Assembly: GCA_017656135.1 (NCBI GenBank)
Contig: JACDOJ010000002.1
Location: 65,120-129,119, forward strand
DNA: 64,000 nucleotides
From: Bacillota bacterium
GTDB lineage: Bacteria; Bacillota; UBA5301
Direction of reading: 5' to 3'
The position numbers were made by a program, and so were the translations under genes. Numbering within the stretch: the stretch's first letter is position 1; each line of letters opens with the position of its first letter. The notes under the pieces are model-generated. The model ran no database searches. It saw nothing but the letters and a program-made list of their open reading frames with translations, and was not told the DNA's origin. This document shows positions 61,226 to 64,000 of the stretch, in pieces.

Positions 61226-62256
61226 TGGCAAAAGAGACGACTTATCAGTCAGCAGGTGTGAACATTCAAGCCGGTTACGAAGTTGTCCGGCGCATCAAAA
61301 AGCTGGTTGCTCCGGTTCAGCCGTCGGCGGTTCTGGAGGGCATCGGTGCTTTTGGAGGCCTTTATGAACTTCCCCACGGCTATCAGGAACCGGTGCTGGT
61401 TTCCGGCTGTGACGGAGTGGGGACTAAGATTCTCATCGCCCGTCGGTGGGATAAGCTGGAGACTATCGGAGTTGACCTGGTGGCCATGTCGGTGAACGAC
61501 ATCGCTGCCATGGGAGCCAAGCCCCTTTTCTTCTTGGATTATCTGGCGGTGGGCAAGCTAGAGCCCGATGAGGCTGAACGCCTGCTGGTAGGCGTGGTGG
61601 AAGGGTGTAAACAGGCGGATTGTGCCCTGTTAGGCGGGGAGACTGCGGAGATGCCCGGGGTCTATGATCCTGGCGAGTTTGATTTGGCCGGCTTCGCCGT
61701 GGGGATCGTGGAAAAATCCAAGATTATTGCGGGTGCCGGTATAGCGCCTGGTGATGTTTTGCTTGGTCTGCCCAGTTCAGGTTTGCACAGCAACGGCTAC
61801 TCACTGGCTCGGAAGATTTGTTTCGAGCTGAACGACTGGACCTTGGATTGGATTCCCCCAGGATTTACTGAGCCTTTAGGAGAGCTGCTGCTTGAACCGA
61901 CCAAGATCTACGTCAAAGCCATTCAGGGAGTGCTCCAGGAGGTAGAGGTCAAGGGGATAGCCCACATCACCGGCGGGGGACTGCCAGAGAATGTAGCCAG
62001 GATCATTCCCCAGGGTTTGACCGCTGTAATTGAAACCGGTAAGTGGCCTGTACCCCCTGTTTTTGACCTGTTGAAAGAGGCCGGCCGGGTGAGTAAAGAG
62101 GAGATGTATTCGGCTTTCAATATGGGAATCGGCCTGGTCTTGGTGATTTCCCCGGAAGCCGCCTGCCTGGCCCAAAAAGCCCTGAGCGCCGCCGGGGAGA
62201 CGGCTTATGTCATCGGATCTGTGGTTTCTGGTGAAGGGGGTGTGCGTCTTGTCTAA
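61222..62256 (+). CDS. purM: AIR synthetase
   Basis: 'YQSAGVNIQAGYE' and 'GVDLVAMSVNDI'. Confidence 0.9.
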   Translation: MMAKETTYQSAGVNIQAGYEVVRRIKKLVAPVQPSAVLEGIGAFGGLYELPHGYQEPVLVSGCDGVGTKILIARRWDKLETIGVDLVAMSVNDIAAMGAKPLFFLDYLAVGKLEPDEAERLLVGVVEGCKQADCALLGGETAEMPGVYDPGEFDLAGFAVGIVEKSKIIAGAGIAPGDVLLGLPSSGLHSNGYSLARKICFELNDWTLDWIPPGFTEPLGELLLEPTKIYVKAIQGVLQEVEVKGIAHITGGGLPENVARIIPQGLTAVIETGKWPVPPVFDLLKEAGRVSKEEMYSAFNMGIGLVLVISPEAACLAQKALSAAGETAYVIGSVVSGEGGVRLV

Positions 62257-62857
62257 AAAACGGATACTCATCATGGCCTCAGGTCGGGGAAGCAATATGG
62301 AGGCCATACTGGATGCAGTCCAGGCAGGTCGGATCAACGGTGAGGTGGTGGGAGTCATCAGCAGCAACCCGCGGGCCCAGGCTTTGGAGAAGTGTCGGAA
62401 ACGCGGCATCCGGTCAGTGGTAGTTGACCGGAAGAGTTTCTCCACCAAGTCTACCTGGGAGGAGGAACTTTTGGCTGTCTGCTCCTCTTTTGAGCCGGAT
62501 CTGATCTGCCTGGCAGGATTCATGCACATTTTGAGTTCCAGCTTTGTCAATCGATTCCGAGGGCGGATCATGAACATTCACCCTTCGCTTCTGCCTAGTT
62601 TTCCTGGCCTGGCCGCCCAGAGACAGGCGGTGGAGTACGGGGTGAAGGTTTCCGGATGCACAGTGCACTTCGTTGATGAGGGTATGGATACCGGACCGAT
62701 TATTCTCCAGGCGGCGGTTCCTGTCAAGGATGGAGATGATGCTGACACTTTGGCAGCCCGAATCTTAAAGGAAGAACACAAGCTCTATCCGGAAGCAGTG
62801 AGGCTTTTCTGTGAAGATCGACTGCGCCTGGAGGGCAGGAAAGTATTCAAGCTTTGA
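62249..62857 (+). CDS. purN: GAR transformylase
   Basis: '[12 protein letters not shown]' and 'MNIHPSLLP'. The start is probably TTG. Confidence 0.85.
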   Translation: MSKKRILIMASGRGSNMEAILDAVQAGRINGEVVGVISSNPRAQALEKCRKRGIRSVVVDRKSFSTKSTWEEELLAVCSSFEPDLICLAGFMHILSSSFVNRFRGRIMNIHPSLLPSFPGLAAQRQAVEYGVKVSGCTVHFVDEGMDTGPIILQAAVPVKDGDDADTLAARILKEEHKLYPEAVRLFCEDRLRLEGRKVFKL

Positions 62858-62874
62858 GAGGGAGGAATTGGAAA

Positions 62875-64000
62875 GTGGCAACTAAGCGTGCAATTATCAG
62901 CGTTTATGATAAAACCGGAGTGGAAGAGTTCGCCAGGCGCCTGGTGGCCCTAGGTTATGAGTTGGTTTCCACTGGCGGAACCTATAAGGTCTTGAAAGCC
63001 GCCGGCCTTGACGTCACCTACATCTCTGAGGTCACCGGTTTTCCGGAGATTCTCGGCGGCCGGGTTAAAACTCTCCATCCCAAGGTGCACGGCGGCATTT
63101 TGGCCAACCGGGCCCTGCCTGACCACCTGGCTGAGCTGGCTGAGAACGGCATAACCCCAGTGGATTTGGTGGCCGTTAATCTTTACCCCTTCCAAGCCAC
63201 CATAGCCAAAGAAGGGGTCACCATGGAAGATGCCCTGGAAAACATCGATATCGGCGGTCCGACCATGATTCGGGCGGCGGCCAAAAACTTCCCCAGTGTG
63301 ATTGTGGTGACCAATCCTGCTAGATACGATGAGGTTTGTCATCAGCTGGAGACCTCCGGAGACCTGGATTATTCTGCCCGCTTGGAGCTGGCTCAGGAGG
63401 CTTTTGCTCACACGGCCCAGTATGATGCCGCGATTCAGAACTACCTTTGGAAGCAGATAGGCCACGAAGGTTTGCCACAGGTTTTGACCTTAAGCTTACA
63501 GAAGGTTCAGGACCTGCGCTACGGGGAGAACCCCCATCAGAAAGGGGCTTTCTACAAAGAGACAGGAAGTGTGCCCTCGGGAATTCTGAAAGCCCGGCAG
63601 CTCCACGGCAAACAGCTCTCCTTCAATAACATCAATGATGCCAATGCGGCTATGGAGGTTCTTGCGGAGTTTACTGAGCCGGCGGCGGTTTGTTTGAAAC
63701 ACACCAATCCCTGTGGCGTAGCGGTAGGAGAAAATATTTACGAGGCCTACATCAGAGCGTATGAAGGGGATCCAGTATCCATCTTTGGCGGTATTGTTGC
63801 TTTGAACCGGGAGGTGGACAAGGCCACCGCAGAGAAACTCCACGAGATTTTCCTGGAGATAATCCTGGCCCCCAGGTTCAGCCCTGAGGCTTTAGAGATC
63901 CTGACTACCAAGAAAAACCTGCGGCTTTTGGAGATCGACGCACAGGGTTATCAGGCTGATCTGGACTTTAAAAAGGTCGTCGGTGGCCTCTTGGTCCAAG
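62875..64000 (+). CDS. purH: AICAR transformylase / IMP cyclohydrolase, 3' end lies outside the window
   Basis: The GTG start gives '[23 protein letters not shown]...[11 protein letters not shown]'. It is absent from the ORF track because of the non-ATG start, and the frame is open to the window end. Confidence 0.85.
   Translation, partial: MATKRAIISVYDKTGVEEFARRLVALGYELVSTGGTYKVLKAAGLDVTYISEVTGFPEILGGRVKTLHPKVHGGILANRALPDHLAELAENGITPVDLVAVNLYPFQATIAKEGVTMEDALENIDIGGPTMIRAAAKNFPSVIVVTNPARYDEVCHQLETSGDLDYSARLELAQEAFAHTAQYDAAIQNYLWKQIGHEGLPQVLTLSLQKVQDLRYGENPHQKGAFYKETGSVPSGILKARQLHGKQLSFNNINDANAAMEVLAEFTEPAAVCLKHTNPCGVAVGENIYEAYIRAYEGDPVSIFGGIVALNREVDKATAEKLHEIFLEIILAPRFSPEALEILTTKKNLRLLEIDAQGYQADLDFKKVVGGLLVQ

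Noticed and set aside
61876-62577. 233-aa minus-strand ORF across purM/purN
   Set aside because: It is antisense to conserved pur genes and shows no family resemblance.
62950-63465. 171-aa minus-strand ORF from the track in the purH region
   Set aside because: The + strand in frame 1 from GTG 62875 encodes an unmistakable PurH ('[23 protein letters not shown]'). The track missed it only because of the GTG start, so the minus ORF is spurious.

Overview
This 64 kb window looks like a core chromosomal region of a spore-forming, moderately high-GC (about 55-58%) member of the Clostridia (Peptococcaceae or Desulfotomaculum-like). The gene content supports this: spoIVB, spo0A, the dipicolinate synthase genes dpaAB, sepF and divIVA.

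Almost all genes lie on the + strand, in gene orders also known from Bacillus subtilis:
- xseA-xseB-ispA-[OLE RNA]-oapA-dxs-tlyA-nadK-argR-recN-spoIVB-spo0A
- dapB-dpaA-dpaB-asd-dapG-dapA-rnj-tepA-ylzJ
- yggS-sepF-proC-yggT-ylmH-divIVA-ileS-ylyA-lspA-(lgt)-rluD-pyrR-pyrP
- carAB-purE, then purB-C-S-Q-L-F-M-N-H

There are no mobile elements, CRISPR arrays or rRNA/tRNA genes.

The most notable content is RNA-based:
- A roughly 620-nt ORF-free structured region between ispA/DUF212 and a small four-helix membrane protein is the OLE RNA/OapA locus, with an exactly matching gene neighbourhood.
- A ykkC-family riboswitch with its own promoter and terminator sits between purE and purB. The purine-operon context argues for the subtype-2 PRPP variant.
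- There is a textbook T-box leader ahead of ileS and a PyrR attenuator ahead of pyrR.

Other points of interest:
- A SteA/SteB-like pair plus GT2 and MraY-like GT4 glycosyltransferases lies just downstream of spo0A.
- A cluster of four spore peptidoglycan-modifying enzymes spans 17.06-21.0 kb.
- The pyrimidine/arginine/purine genes are fused into an unusual arrangement: pyrR-pyrP-carAB-purE, an internal promoter, then the rest of the pur operon, with no purK.
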